This document shows positions 13,222-25,814 of a stretch of DNA of 64,000 nt, piece by piece. The stretch is taken from assembly GCA_951406725.2 (NCBI GenBank), contig OX597827.1:35340001-35404000 (forward strand), read 5' to 3'. This stretch comes from Octopus vulgaris. Taxonomy: Eukaryota. The translations under genes were made by a program, and so were the position numbers. A model generated the notes under the pieces. The model worked only from the letters and a program-made list of their open reading frames with translations. It was not told the origin of the DNA and did not search any database. Positions within the stretch are counted from its first letter, which is position 1. Each line of letters starts with the position of its first letter.

Positions 13222-13739
13222 TTATGAATATAATATAACATTAAAAAAATCATTAAAAACCCAAAATAGCCAACAATTTGTTTCGACTTATATACATTAT
13301 TTGATTTATAAACACTACATCTCTTTATAACAATACATCTCTTCAGACAGATGAAATTCTGTGTGAAAGGACTGCTGGATTGGAAAAAAGTTAATTCAAA
13401 TGCCTATATATTATAAGCGTGAGTATTAACTTTTCAACTACATAACAGTTACAATTAAAAAACAACAAAATTATAAAGAACAAAATAATTAAGTAAATAC
13501 AATCTGCAATTATCGAAATATATTTCTAATTATCACAAATAATATTTGGCTATTATAATAACATACAACAACAATATATAGCTATATAAATTAAGTATCA
13601 GGATTTTATTTAATCTAGAGACTGTAATAAAACGTGTAAATAAATATAAATGACAATATACTATCATACAACTCTTTTCTTTTATTTAAAGTTAATGATA
13701 TAAAAAATAATTTGTTTAAAGTAACTAACAAAAAATGTT

Positions 13740-14090
13740 CTTTATTTAGTTTATCGGAGGGAGAATTTCATAATAAATATGAAGAGAAACATAACAAAAA
13801 TGTTCTTTATTTACTTAACTGAGTACACCTTTAGGAATAGCGATAGGTTTAGCAGTACTAGTCTGAGTAAATTAATTTGGAAACTAAAGGATAGTAAGTA
13901 ATTATACGACATAAATTGGAAAATACTTAGTCATGCTAGATTGTACAAAATTAATGATGCTAGATGCAACTTATGTGTAGATGAATTATATCAGATATTA
14001 ACATCTAAGAAGAAATTACTTAATGAAAGACGTGAGAGTGTTTTATATTGTACGCATTATTCTAAATATATGCTTAAAATTGTTTATCAA
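13740..14090 (+). mobile_element. Penelope-like GIY-YIG endonuclease C-terminal fragment
   Basis: FISLSEGEF...FRNSDRFSSTSLSKLIWKLKD..YDINWKILSHARLYKINDARCNLCVDELYQILTSKKKLLNERRESVLYCTHYSKY matches the PLE C.LC..E...LN.R.E...C.H tail. Confidence 0.75.
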
Positions 14091-14736
14091 GTGTGTATAT
14101 ATTTGTACTCGTATGTATCCATTTATATGTGTGTATATGTATGTATATGTATGATCATATATTTGTATATGTATATATACATGGGTATATGTTGTTTGTA
14201 TTTATATCTGATATGTAGATTCCGAAGACAGGAGTTTGGGGGAAAACAAGTAGGGATTATTTTTGAGAACTGTTCCACACGCGGGGGTGTTTCAGAACAA
14301 GTCGTCCCTATTTGTTTCATTTTCTCCGTTTTGTACGTTTGTATTTCCGTAGATTTCTATCACACACACACACACGCGTGCGCACACACATACATACACA
14401 TGTATATGTAATTAAAAAGTTCAAACGGGGAATTATTCCATTCAATATCATGTTTATTATAGAGATCATGTAACAAATTATACTTTACACTTCTATATTT
14501 AACTGTGCGTTTATATTCCTCATTTTTGCTTCTGGTGTCTTCTTCCTTTCCATTTGAAACGTTTACCTGGGAATTTACTTAAAGTGAAAAAAAATTGTAT
14601 GCAACAGATAAGTCATCTTAATAACATATTTCTGTGTACCAGACCTTTAGCTGTTATTTTTAGCATAACGAGTTTTCTGATGAAGGCTTCACTTGCCTTC
14701 ATTGCTTTTTTGCTGCTTCAGTAGAAATTTTATGGA

Positions 14737-14890
14737 CGCTGGTGTGTTTACGTCCCCATAACTTAGCAGTTCGGCAATACCAATAGAATAGGTACTAAGC
14801 TTACAAAGAATAAGTCTTGGGGTCGATTTGCTCGACTAAAGGCGGTGATCCAGCATGGCCACAGTCAAATGACTGAAACAAGTAAAAGAA
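14737..14890 (+). mobile_element. SINE family C, 3' portion
   Basis: gctggtgtgtttacgtcccc...ggcggtgatccagcatggccacagtcaaatgactgaaacaagtaaaaga. Confidence 0.85.
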
Positions 14891-15920
14891 TATATAATTC
14901 ATTAAAAGTCAGTTTGAATCTTGCTTACTTGCTTACTTGCAATGTTACCCAGCTAAAATGGGTAACATTGCAAGTTACTAACAAGTAAATGTTCCTATAT
15001 TTGTATATTATGGAAGTGATAACTCAGCAAATAAAATATAGTAAGATAAACAAAAACAGGGATTGAGTACCGATCCTCGATAAATTTAATTAATAATATT
15101 TTTTAGATGGCTATATTGGGAAAATAGTATGAATTAAGTTTAGCCTGAATTGTTAATACGAACGGAATAAAACAAGTTTTGTGTTAATTGGGCAAGTGGT
15201 TTTTAAGATATTAAAGGTTTTCGGAGGTATAAATAGCCAAAACGTTGCATAATGGGAAAATATTCCAAAATAATCTTAATCCTGAAAGAGAAGAAACTTT
15301 CGATTAGCCACAGTGACTTAACAACGAAAAAAATACGATTTGATTTTTTTTTCTTACAGTAAATGTTTCTATTTTCGCTTTTGTTAAACACAATATTTTA
15401 ATCATTTAGAAATAGTTTAAGTGAATTTGATTTCAAAAATGTAAGTTCATTGCACAATAAGTATTTATATTTTAGCTTTCTTTAAACAGACAATATTTTA
15501 ATGATTTTTAGATTATTTTCAAGTGAATACCATTACAAAATTTTTTTTGGCATATTCAAAAAATATTTTAAAGTGAAAATGACTTTAAAAATACGGTAAA
15601 TATTTCGTAAAAGACCCGTTCAAACATCGGTGTTAAATAGTTTGCTTTTCTATAGGCTTTTTTCGAGTGCATTCAACGTATATCACCTCGAAAGATTCGA
15701 CTGCTATTTCTAGCACGCCCTGCTACCACGTAACTGCTATTTGCGATAAAGGACGCGAAATACCTGATACGTGGCAGCAGGACGTGCAAGAAATAGCAGC
15801 TAAATCTTTCCATTTTCTGGAGAAAGGAGCCGTTTATGCGTGATTTCGATGTCACATTCGTTGAAAGCATGCAAAATAACCTGGAAAAGAAAAACAAAAC
15901 AACGAAACAAAACTCGGTAG

Positions 15921-15984
<64 letters not shown>

Positions 15985-15987
<3 letters not shown>

Positions 15988-16347
15988 CGCAGGAGTGGCT
16001 GTGTGGTAAGTAGCTTGCTTACCAACCACATGGTTCTGGGTTTAGTCTCACTGCGTGGCGCCTTGGGTAAGTGTTTTCTACTAGAGCCTCGAACCGACCA
16101 AAGCCTTGTGAGTGGATTTGGCAGACGGAAACTGAAAGAAGCCCGTCGTATATATGTATATTTGTGTGAATTCATGTGTATATGTTTGTGTGTGTGTGTG
16201 TGCTTGTCCCTCCAACATTGCTTGACAACCGATACTGGTGTGTTTACGTCCCCGTAACCGATAGAATAAGTACTAGGCTTACAAAGAAAATCTAAAGGCG
16301 GTGTTCCAGCATGGCCGCAGTCAAATGACTGAAACAAGTAAAAGAAA
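15985..16347 (+). mobile_element. tRNA-derived SINE family C (CORE-like), near full-length with internal microsatellite
   Basis: Head ggcgcaggagtggctgtgtggtaag, MIR/CORE-like gtggcgccttgggtaagtgttttctactagagcctc, internal TA/TG tract, tail ggcggtgttccagcatggccgcagtcaaatgactgaaac. Confidence 0.9.
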
Positions 16348-16425
16348 AAAAAGAAAGAAAAAAAATATATGCATGTGTGTGTGCGTGTGTATGTATATAA
16401 ATATAAAATTATATCTATGTGTGTG

Positions 16426-16466
<41 letters not shown>

Positions 16467-16519
16467 TATAAATACACACATAGATATAATTTTATATTAT
16501 GTGTGTGTGTTTGTGTATA

Positions 16520-16553
<34 letters not shown>

Positions 16554-16554
<1 letters not shown>

Positions 16555-16745
16555 GTCCCGGGTTGATTCGGGGTTAACCACAGTAAATAAGGTACTCAAT
16601 ACATAGCAGAGTAAAATTAATTTGTTATATAGAAGGAGCTTCTACAGGACTAGAACTGTTTCATTCAAGAGAAATCTTCAGGATGCTTCCTGAAGATTTC
16701 TCTTGAATGAAACAGTTCTAGTCCTGTAGAAGCTCCTTCTATATA

Positions 16746-16750
<5 letters not shown>
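16554..16750. mobile_element. Fold-back element in (TA)n, copy 1
   Basis: Perfect 59-bp inverted arms 16625-16683 and 16688-16746; a second copy lies at 35523-35705. Confidence 0.8.
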
Positions 16751-16811
<61 letters not shown>

Positions 16812-17511
16812 ACACGCACATATATTTGTATGTGAATGAATATCTATGATATTGAATGTCTGGTTTTATTGTCTGCATATGCTTTTGAGCCGCGTGTTCC
16901 TCCGATAAACAATCATCTCGTGATTGTATTGTCATTCTATAAAACTATACAGTTCAAATTTCAATTCCCAATTGAAAATACTTCGCTGATATCAATAAAG
17001 CTTTGTGGAAGATGTATTTATATATTTCCAAATACAAATTTGCTCACCATTTATGAACTTGTCTGATATTTCGTGACAGTGATTTTCATCATATTGACCT
17101 TTAATTAGGTAACAGTGGTCAATAAAGAGGAGTTGGCTGACCAGAGATTAAGAAAAAGACGATGACTGATATGTGTTTCTGATACAGTATTTGAAATACG
17201 AAACTGAAGGTCATATATTGTTATATTCGGTCGCATTGAGATAACGTGAGTGTGGTTGCATGTGCGACATAAACTTCGCCCGTCGAACATCACTCAAAAT
17301 GGTGGTACTTGTCTCAATGATAAATGCAAAATTCATATCAAAGTTCGCTCCCGTTATACATGATACCCAGAAAAAGCATCCAGTTGGCTTATGTTACACT
17401 GGTAAGCTAATATATATATATACATACACACATGCATATGCACAGATATTTACGTGTACATATATTTTATCTAGTTATCTATACTTGCCTTATACATGTA
17501 TCCATCTAGCA

Positions 17512-17604
<93 letters not shown>

Positions 17605-17607
<3 letters not shown>

Positions 17608-17795
17608 AGATTTCACGAAAAAACAAAAGACAAAGACAGGTGGTGTACAAAACAAACTGATGTATAAGTATAACGCTCAGGAATTGCACAAGTCTTTTAT
17701 GTTTCGAGTCAACGCTCTTCTACAGAAAGGGACACAGAAAAAAACAAGGAGAGAAGAAAACAATGTGTGTAGTGGCTAACGATCTATCATGGCGA
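17605..17795 (-). mobile_element. Dispersed repeat next to (TA)n, probable Penelope-like terminal repeat; related copy near 58550-58700
   Basis: Both loci share gaaaa.aaa.gac.aagacagg...aacgctc..gaa...tgtttcgagtc.ac.ctc.tc.acagaaa. Confidence 0.55.
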
Positions 17796-18419
17796 CACGC
17801 ACACACACACATAATATACCGATGATTAAGTAATGTGCAAAATAATATATACCAATTATATACGTTTTATTTATTATTTTGCACATTACTTAATCATCGG
17901 TATATTATTGTATTTTATATTTAATATTTCTATTATATGTAATTTTCTAGATGGTGTAATTTAATTGTTCATTTTGAATTGATAAAAGGTGGGGTTTTTT
18001 CTAATTTATATATATATATATATATATATACACAATCAAAGCATTCCAATCATGACCACCCATCTTTTTAGGGGTAATCTAAGAATAGATTATTCTGTGA
18101 CCTTACCTGACTTTGTTTTTAACATATCTTAGTCAGGGCTGTATCAAAAGAATGCCATCTAATACATAACCTAGCTTCCCGCACTGTCTAGCTTGGACAT
18201 TTTCGTACGATTCACGATGGTGTTGTGATCAGGAGCAAATGTATTACCGAATTCAATAGATTTCTATTTATGCAAAAATATCCGACTTTAGTTATAAAAA
18301 ATAGTACACATCATGCAAAACATATACTTATAGACCGTTCATGGCGATCGTTGTGCTACATGTCCGTTCATACACACCGGTCAGTATATCAGCACAAATA
18401 CCGGACGAAGAATATTTTC

Positions 18420-18715
18420 AAGCACAATTATGAACTTCAAAAGCAGAAATTAGATCTGCTGCATCAAATGCTTGGATTGTGAAGAAATATATAATGGCCC
18501 GACAAATGACTCATCGGAATACAAGCGAATACACCAGTATCAAGTTTGTGACACTAATGTCCGACAGATCCCATTAAGCAATAATTCAGAAACATGCAAC
18601 AATAAAATGCTTTTAATACTCACATTTTACTAGCTTTACAACTAAAGTGGAGTAAGAAGAGTAAGAAAAAAGAATTTTATTGAGACGTTGAAACCTGTTC
18701 TGAAAGAACAATGCT
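18420..18715 (+). mobile_element. Penelope-like GIY-YIG endonuclease remnant
   Basis: ICCIKCLDCEEIYNGPT (degenerate IYCITC..C...YIGQT), VRQIPLS and NFIETLKPVL. Confidence 0.65.
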
Positions 18716-19057
18716 AGGAATAATAATGTTAATATTAACTTGAATTTAATTTACTAAAAGAGACTATTAACAATGATATTAATTAGAATTTGAATTTAAT
18801 TTCGTCTAAAAATAATTAATTTCAGATTTCTACTTGTAGTGTGAGATGTTTCTCAAAATGTGATTGTAACCGAATCCTTAACGGTTGTTTTGATTAAAAT
18901 ATTTCGATGAATAAATGCAGTCAATTTTAACTGTACCATCACATTAGTCAAACCGCGGCGTTTAAGCTGCACGTGTGTGTGTGTGTGTATGCGTGTGTGT
19001 TGGAGCGCATATGTTTCTATGTATGTATATATATGTATATATTTATGTATATGTGTG

Positions 19058-19088
<31 letters not shown>

Positions 19089-19157
19089 GTCTATATTTGA
19101 ATCAATATACTATATATAAATATATGTATGTATATATATACATACATACATACGTAT

Positions 19158-19196
<39 letters not shown>

Positions 19197-19289
19197 CATA
19201 CATACATACATACATATATATATATATATACATACATGTATCATGTATGTATGAATATATATATATGTTGTTTTTTGTTTGTTTGTTCC

Positions 19290-19548
19290 TTCTCGAGCCA
19301 TGCTTGGTTTCACCGGTTTCCTTGGCGTATAGGTTCGCCACCTGGACGGGATGCCGGTCCATTGCAGGTGAGCTGTAAGATGTAGGAGGAAAGAGTGAGA
19401 GAAAGTTGTGGTGAAACAGTCAGCAGCAGTTCGCCATTACTTTCTGCCGGAGCCGCGTGGAGCTTGGGTGTTTCGCTCATAAACACACACATCCCGCGAT
19501 CCCTCGACCGCGTGTCCGCTGCTCTAACCACTAGGCAATGTGCTTCCA
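19290..19548 (-). mobile_element. tRNA-derived SINE with family-B head/body and a different tail
   Basis: Minus-strand head tggaagcacattgcctagtggttagagcagcggac; body gccggagcc.cgtggagctt.ggtgtttcgctca.taaacac shared with 8410-8460. Confidence 0.8.
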
Positions 19549-19552
19549 TATA

Positions 19553-19771
<219 letters not shown>

Positions 19772-19774
19772 TAT

Positions 19775-19877
19775 GTATTGCTTCGGCAATACATGTACTA
19801 AAATCGGAACGATACAGACAAGATTAGCATGGCCCCTGCGCAAGGATGACACGCAAATTCGTGAAGCGTTCCATATT
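19775..19877 (+). pseudogene. U6: U6 snRNA copy (retrocopy or SINE head)
   Basis: gtattgcttcggcaatacatgtactaaaatcggaacgatacagacaagattagcatggcccctgcgcaaggatgacacgcaaattcgtgaagcgttccatatt is nearly identical to metazoan U6. ACAGAGA is changed to ACAGACA, there is no T4+ terminator, and the upstream sequence is (TAA)n with no room for a PSE. Confidence 0.93.
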
Positions 19878-20367
19878 AATAAGAGAACGGCGGTGCATCA
19901 GCATGGCCGCAGCTCTGAGCTGAAACTAGGAAAAATATATATATATATATATATATATCTATATATATATATATATATACACACATACATATACATATAC
20001 ATATATACATATAATAATCGATTAAATTAAACAGAAGATGGGAGCGGTATAACTCTTTATTTCGTACGACGATCGTTTCGACCCAGTCACAGGATGGGTC
20101 GAAACGATCGTCGTAAAAAAGAAAGAGTTATATCAATTTAATCTTCTGCTTACTTAATCGATTATTATCTCAACTAACACTGCAGAATTCCTGGAGTAGA
20201 TCTAAAGGAAATATACCCCAACTGCAGATGACACCAGGTGGCCCAAACTGTCTCAGTGCTCTACTCAACACATCAGTATACTAAATGACGTATACTCATT
20301 AATCAAAAATATTACATATATGAATATATATATAAATACAGAGACGTACTTATATACATATGTATCG

Positions 20368-20409
<42 letters not shown>

Positions 20410-20482
20410 TATATGTATATATGTATGTATGAATATACATATACACATAGACACATATACATATATAAATAGATATAATTAA

Positions 20483-20614
<132 letters not shown>

Positions 20615-21143
20615 ATATATATATATATATATAAATTTAATTATATCTATTTATATATGTATATGTGTCAAGTGTATATGTATATTCATACATACATACA
20701 TACATACATACATACATACATACATACATACATACATACATACATACATACATACATACATACACAGTAACACTGTTATTAAATTGTTAGGAAAATTCCT
20801 ACTTGACTTCTTCCTTATCATCACGTTTATCTTCGCTAGCATATTCATCGCATGAGCCTCTCGCCATCACCGCGGTTTATATACTCAAATGATATAAAAA
20901 GCCATGCACAATTAAACAAATGAATAGCAACATAACTGTGTAAGATGATACTGGTATTCGTGCTGTAGCAGTAAAAGTGAGATACGTTTCAGAAAACGCG
21001 ATATGATCTAAAATATAGGGTTGGTTACAGATATGAGGTAACAGAAACATCTCTTCTCGGTGACAAAACTAACAGACCACGTTGAGGGCCTGATGTGGGT
21101 GACTAAGTATAACTAGCGCAGCTTGCTTTCTATTAACACTTAA

Positions 21144-21225
<82 letters not shown>

Positions 21226-22230
21226 ACACACACACACATACATATACACACACATGAATATAAGTGTGTGTGTGTATGTATGTATGTATGTATGTATGTA
21301 TGTATGTATCCAGGTATAGCAAGCACATACCAACAATTTTAAACTCATTTCTCTTATATTACGCGAAATTTTTTTTTTTGTTACAATATACGTAATTATA
21401 TTCTATATTCATAAATTTCTTGCTTATACATATACTACATATACTTCCTTATACATATAATTTTCTTGCTTCAGTAACAATGTCATTGTGTATGAAACTT
21501 ACAGCTACTGTTGTAGGACGTGAAAAAGGTGAAACACCACGGGAAGGTCCAGTGTTGAGAGGTTATAATGACCTGGTTTGTGTTGGTCTTTCAGATGTCA
21601 ACGGCCAGCAATCAACATGCAACAACGGCCAATAACATTCCAAGGCCATGCGATTAACCAAAAGCAAACAAAAAACAGAAGATTCGGCTTTTATTGCTTA
21701 AGTGAACTAAAGAGTTAAAAAATGTTGAAAAATTGTCGAAAAAAAATTGTGGGAAAATGTGCTCCGAGGGGCGGTCGCTCCTCCTGCTCCCCTATTAGCT
21801 ACATCACTGATATATATGCGCGCGTGCGTTTGTGTGTGTGTGTGTGCGTTAATTCACACATATACATGTAACACACATACACACACATATAGATATATAT
21901 TGTTTTATAAGTTTGACTCAGCTCAATCTAACTTCTGCCATTCGTTTGTCTACTCACACGTATATACATGCATGTGTGTGTGTGTGTGTGTGTGTGTGTT
22001 GCGATGTAATCGACTTAATCCCTTTGTCTGTCCTTGTTTGTCCCCTCTGTGTTTAGCCCCTTGTGGGCAATAAAGAAATCAGATGTATAGTAATGATGTA
22101 ATAAAATTACAACAATGTACGAGAGTTATAACTGCCTCATCCCCAAAATCTGAAAACTTTCGGAATGCACCTCATATTATTATATTTTCCTTTTAGATTA
22201 CAGTATATTAAGTGTTTATAGCAACTAACC

Positions 22231-22560
22231 ATGCCTAAATACCAGAAGTAAAAGTCTGATATTCAAAGAGGGCGTATCGTGGGCCAATCTAATGGTGGAC
22301 TTAGCCAGCGTAAGACTGCACAAAACCTTGGGATGGCTCTTGCCAGTCAGCAAGATGATTGTAAAATTCACCATAAAAGAAATTAACCGCATCATTCTCA
22401 GGTAGACCTGGGTCCTTTAAGCTTGAAGCTGTCAAGCGGATTGTTGAAATTAATTCCCATTGTAAGACGGCTAGTGTTGCAGAGCCAGTCTATACGAGTT
22501 GGTATACTGTTAGGTATCTCCAGCAACTTGGCTACTCTGGCAGAGCAGCAAATATCCAAA
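22231..22560 (+). mobile_element. Tc1-like transposase N-terminal (HTH) remnant
   Basis: MPKYQK*KSDIQRGRIVGQSNGGLSQRKTAQNLG...YLQQLGYSGRAA matches the Tc1 RGRIVG..G.S.R.IA motif. Confidence 0.65.
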
Positions 22561-22902
22561 GAAGAGAGAAATATTGTTATATTTGGGGCGGTCAATTTGC
22601 CAATAAACACACGCACTGTTTATTAGAGTTATTTCGTTGCACATTCTGTGACTAAATTAATTGTGTGTGTGCTTAATGGCAAAATGACCTTCCCCAAATA
22701 TAACAGCTATTTCAACATACGATTTCCCATCAAGAATCTTGCAAAACAAATGCCTAAACGTAATAAAAGAAATGTCAATTTTTCAAAAATTATGGTATGT
22801 TTACATTTGAGATAACTATTTGTCTGTATGACTGTATGTCTGTCTCTGTGCATGTATGTATGTACATACGTACGTACGTACGTACGTATGTATGTATGTA
22901 TG

Positions 22903-22933
<31 letters not shown>

Positions 22934-23119
22934 GTGTTTTTATATATATATATTGGAAATGGATGCGTGGCGTTCAATCATATAAGTAAAAAAATATATA
23001 TATGCATATATACATACATATATGTATATACATACATATGTATGACTGTATGTATGTATGTATGTATGTATGTATGTATGTATGTATGTATATATATATA
23101 TATATATATATGCATATAT

Positions 23120-23400
23120 GAGTACAGGACATCACGAAACGTAAACAACATGAAATACGAAGATAAACTTTTGCATGCGAACAACGAGAGAAACAATGGA
23201 AAACAAGACAAGTAACATAAAAAACGACCCTTCATCAGTTCTTGGCTGTCCATCTATTCCTCATTTCGAGCTATTAACGACAATATAAAGCTTCGAAAAG
23301 GCAGTTTCTCCTGCGAAACAAAATAACATTTGGGATTTGCGGAGGGTCAAAGTTGGTAACAAAAACAAGACAGTGGAGACATGCAACAAACCAAACGAAA
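23120..23400. mobile_element. Dispersed microsatellite-associated repeat, family D (other copies about 39605-39750 and 59650-59950)
   Basis: Shared gtacaggac...aacatgaaata...ccc(t)tcatcagtt..ctgt...tcta.tc..cat.tcga; atttgggatt(t)tgcggaggg..aaagt..gta.caaaaacaaga is shared with the 59650 copy. Confidence 0.65.
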
Positions 23401-23566
23401 ACAAACATGAAGAGCCGTTTGACCAGATGAGGTAAGGTAGTGAACGCTGGAGGAATGGAATATTGTCTTTGACAAGAGAAAAGATAGAAGAGGAGATAGA
23501 CAAGAATGCGTCTGGTCTGTAAGACAGACTGAAAGAAAAGAAAGATAATCACGTGAGTACACCAAG

Positions 23567-23960
23567 TAAGGTGGTGAGATGGCAGAGTCGTTAGCACGCC
23601 GGGCAAAATGCTTAGCGGTATTTCGTCTGCGTTACGTTGTGAGTTCAAATTCTGCCGAGGTCGACTTTGCCTTTCATCCTTTCGGGGTCGATAAATTAAG
23701 TGCCAGTTACGCACTGGGGTCGATGTAATCGACTTAATACCTATGTCTGTCCTTGTTTGTCCCCTCTGTGTTTAGCCCCTTGTGGGTAATAAAGAAATAG
23801 GTATTTTGTCCGTCTTTACGAGTTCAATTTCCGCCGAAGTAGACTTTGCTTTCTTCTTCTTGCAGTCAATAAAATAAGTACCAGTTGAACCCTGGAGTCA
23901 ATGTAATCGACTTAACCCCTCTCTCGGAATTGTTAGCCTTATGCCAAAATTTGAAATCAA
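23567..23960 (+). mobile_element. SINE family A, dimeric form (core repeated twice)
   Basis: Head, core and tail, then ggtattttgtccgtctttacgagttcaatttccgccga... second core and tail tgccaaaatttgaaa. Confidence 0.88.
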
Positions 23961-24129
23961 TATTACTACAAGCGTCATATTTTGTAGCCTTGTTACTGAA
24001 ATTGAGTTAAAGAAAACTGCATAGAAGCCCATCAAATGAATTATAATTCAGAAAGTCTCGTATTGTCACTACACCATATCATGGTAATTGCGTTAGAGAA
24101 TTACACTAAGAGTACCCAGAAACATGGGA

Positions 24130-24310
24130 ATCAATTCCATGAATCATTTAGTTAAGTTAATCGAAAAGCTGAACTCTCTTGATCAGAAAATTCTAGATCA
24201 TCATTTATATGCAACGTTTCTGTTCCTCGAGCGTTTACCAGCAAGTTTACTTATGAATACATTCTTGTATCCATAACCATGCCAATCAACTTGTTGAATC
24301 CCAGATTTTC
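24130..24310 (-). mobile_element. Highly decayed Penelope-like RT core remnant
   Basis: Minus-strand IGMVMDTRM (G.AMG motif) followed by HINDD (YIDD-like). Confidence 0.35.
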
Positions 24311-25635
24311 TCTCAATTCATCACCCATTCCGATCTACACGGCGATTACATTGAGACTCTGTTGGTTTCACCTCTGCCTGTCTCTCTCCTTCCTTCACTC
24401 ACTCCTTTCCTCTCTCTCTCTTTTTCGCTCTGTGGTGAATAATTGAATACCTTCATCTCATTAGAACTTTGCATCATATTTAACATTTTGAACACCTCTG
24501 TTGCTACCAATCGCCCCTCCCTCACCTCACAACCTCCACCTTTTATAAACACCAGCAACTTCTACTCCAACTGAACTTCATCTCCTTCTACCGCATCCCC
24601 ACCAAATAATCCATCCGTCACTTACAATTCTACACCACTGTCATCTTTATAATCGCAGCCATGATTTTGAGACATCAATTCAATCCAACATTTCACTCGA
24701 GATAGATATCTTACAACTTTGGTTTAAGCCACCTTTAACCCGTTTATGAAGTCTACTGCACTTCCAACTCTTCTCCGTCTTTCTATCCACAATTGCCTTC
24801 GCTTCTTTCTCACTTACCAATCCTCCAGTGTACTATCCTGTATGCATTCTAAATCCTCCAATCCGACACCACCACACACAAGGTATCTTTGCCAACACAC
24901 TATCCTCTATTGAAGACTTAAATAATGAAATCCTGCAAATAAAATAGATATTAGTTAATAAAAGATATCCTAATAGATAGATTAATGAAAGAGATCCTAA
25001 TAGAACAAATTCATTTACATACAACAAATGCAATTGTCACTAAAAAGAAAAAAAAACAAGCCACACACATATCGAATACTATTAGAATCAGCTGCACTCT
25101 ATTTACAAAATGGGTAATTATACCACTAAAACAAAACGCTATGATTCATAGTCAAACGTAAAAAGTAATAAGAACATGTGAAAAGATCCTGAAAAAGTTC
25201 GAGCTTAACGTAGTCACGTATATAGTATAGTGTTTGAAACAGAATCTGCTTTTTATTTCTTTGCACACCTCCTTCCTTGCTTGCCTCACACGCGCACAAA
25301 CGCACGGCATACTAGTATGCGCTAGAGAAACATGTGTAAAGATTATGTAATTTATGATGTTTTAATGAAAAGGTTTGTAACCAAACCTCCAGTTTTTTTC
25401 TGCTATTATATATGCGCGTGCATGTGTGTGTGTGTGTGCGTGTGTGCGTGTGTGTATGTGTGTGTGTGTGTGTGCGTGCGTGTATGTTGTGTGTCTATCT
25501 TGTGTGTAGTTTATTTTTGTCAGCGACAATTCTATGTAGTTGACGTCTTAAGACTGTGTATGTCTTAAGAATTTTGCACGTTATTTGCTTCGAGATTCAT
25601 CATTCCTAAAAATACATATATACGCATGTATGAAC

Positions 25636-25718
<83 letters not shown>

Positions 25719-25779
25719 CATACATACATACATACATACATACATACATACAGACAGACAGATAGATAGACAGATAGAC

Positions 25780-25814
<35 letters not shown>

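Noticed and set aside
14675-14705. Hammerhead at ctgatgaaggcttcacttgccttcat
   Set aside because: CUGAUGA and a hairpin are present but no GAAA follows stem II.
14935-14975. 17-bp-arm hairpin acttgcaatgttaccca / tgggtaacattgcaagt
   Set aside because: Real but short, with no TSD or motif; nothing supports a function.
19775-19877. Functional U6 snRNA gene
   Set aside because: The upstream 200 bp is pure (TAA)n with no PSE, there is no T-run terminator, and the ACAGAGA box is mutated.
23205-23275. Type II hammerhead in family D (minus strand GAAA...CTGATGA)
   Set aside because: Consistent stems I and III could not be formed by eye in the three copies.
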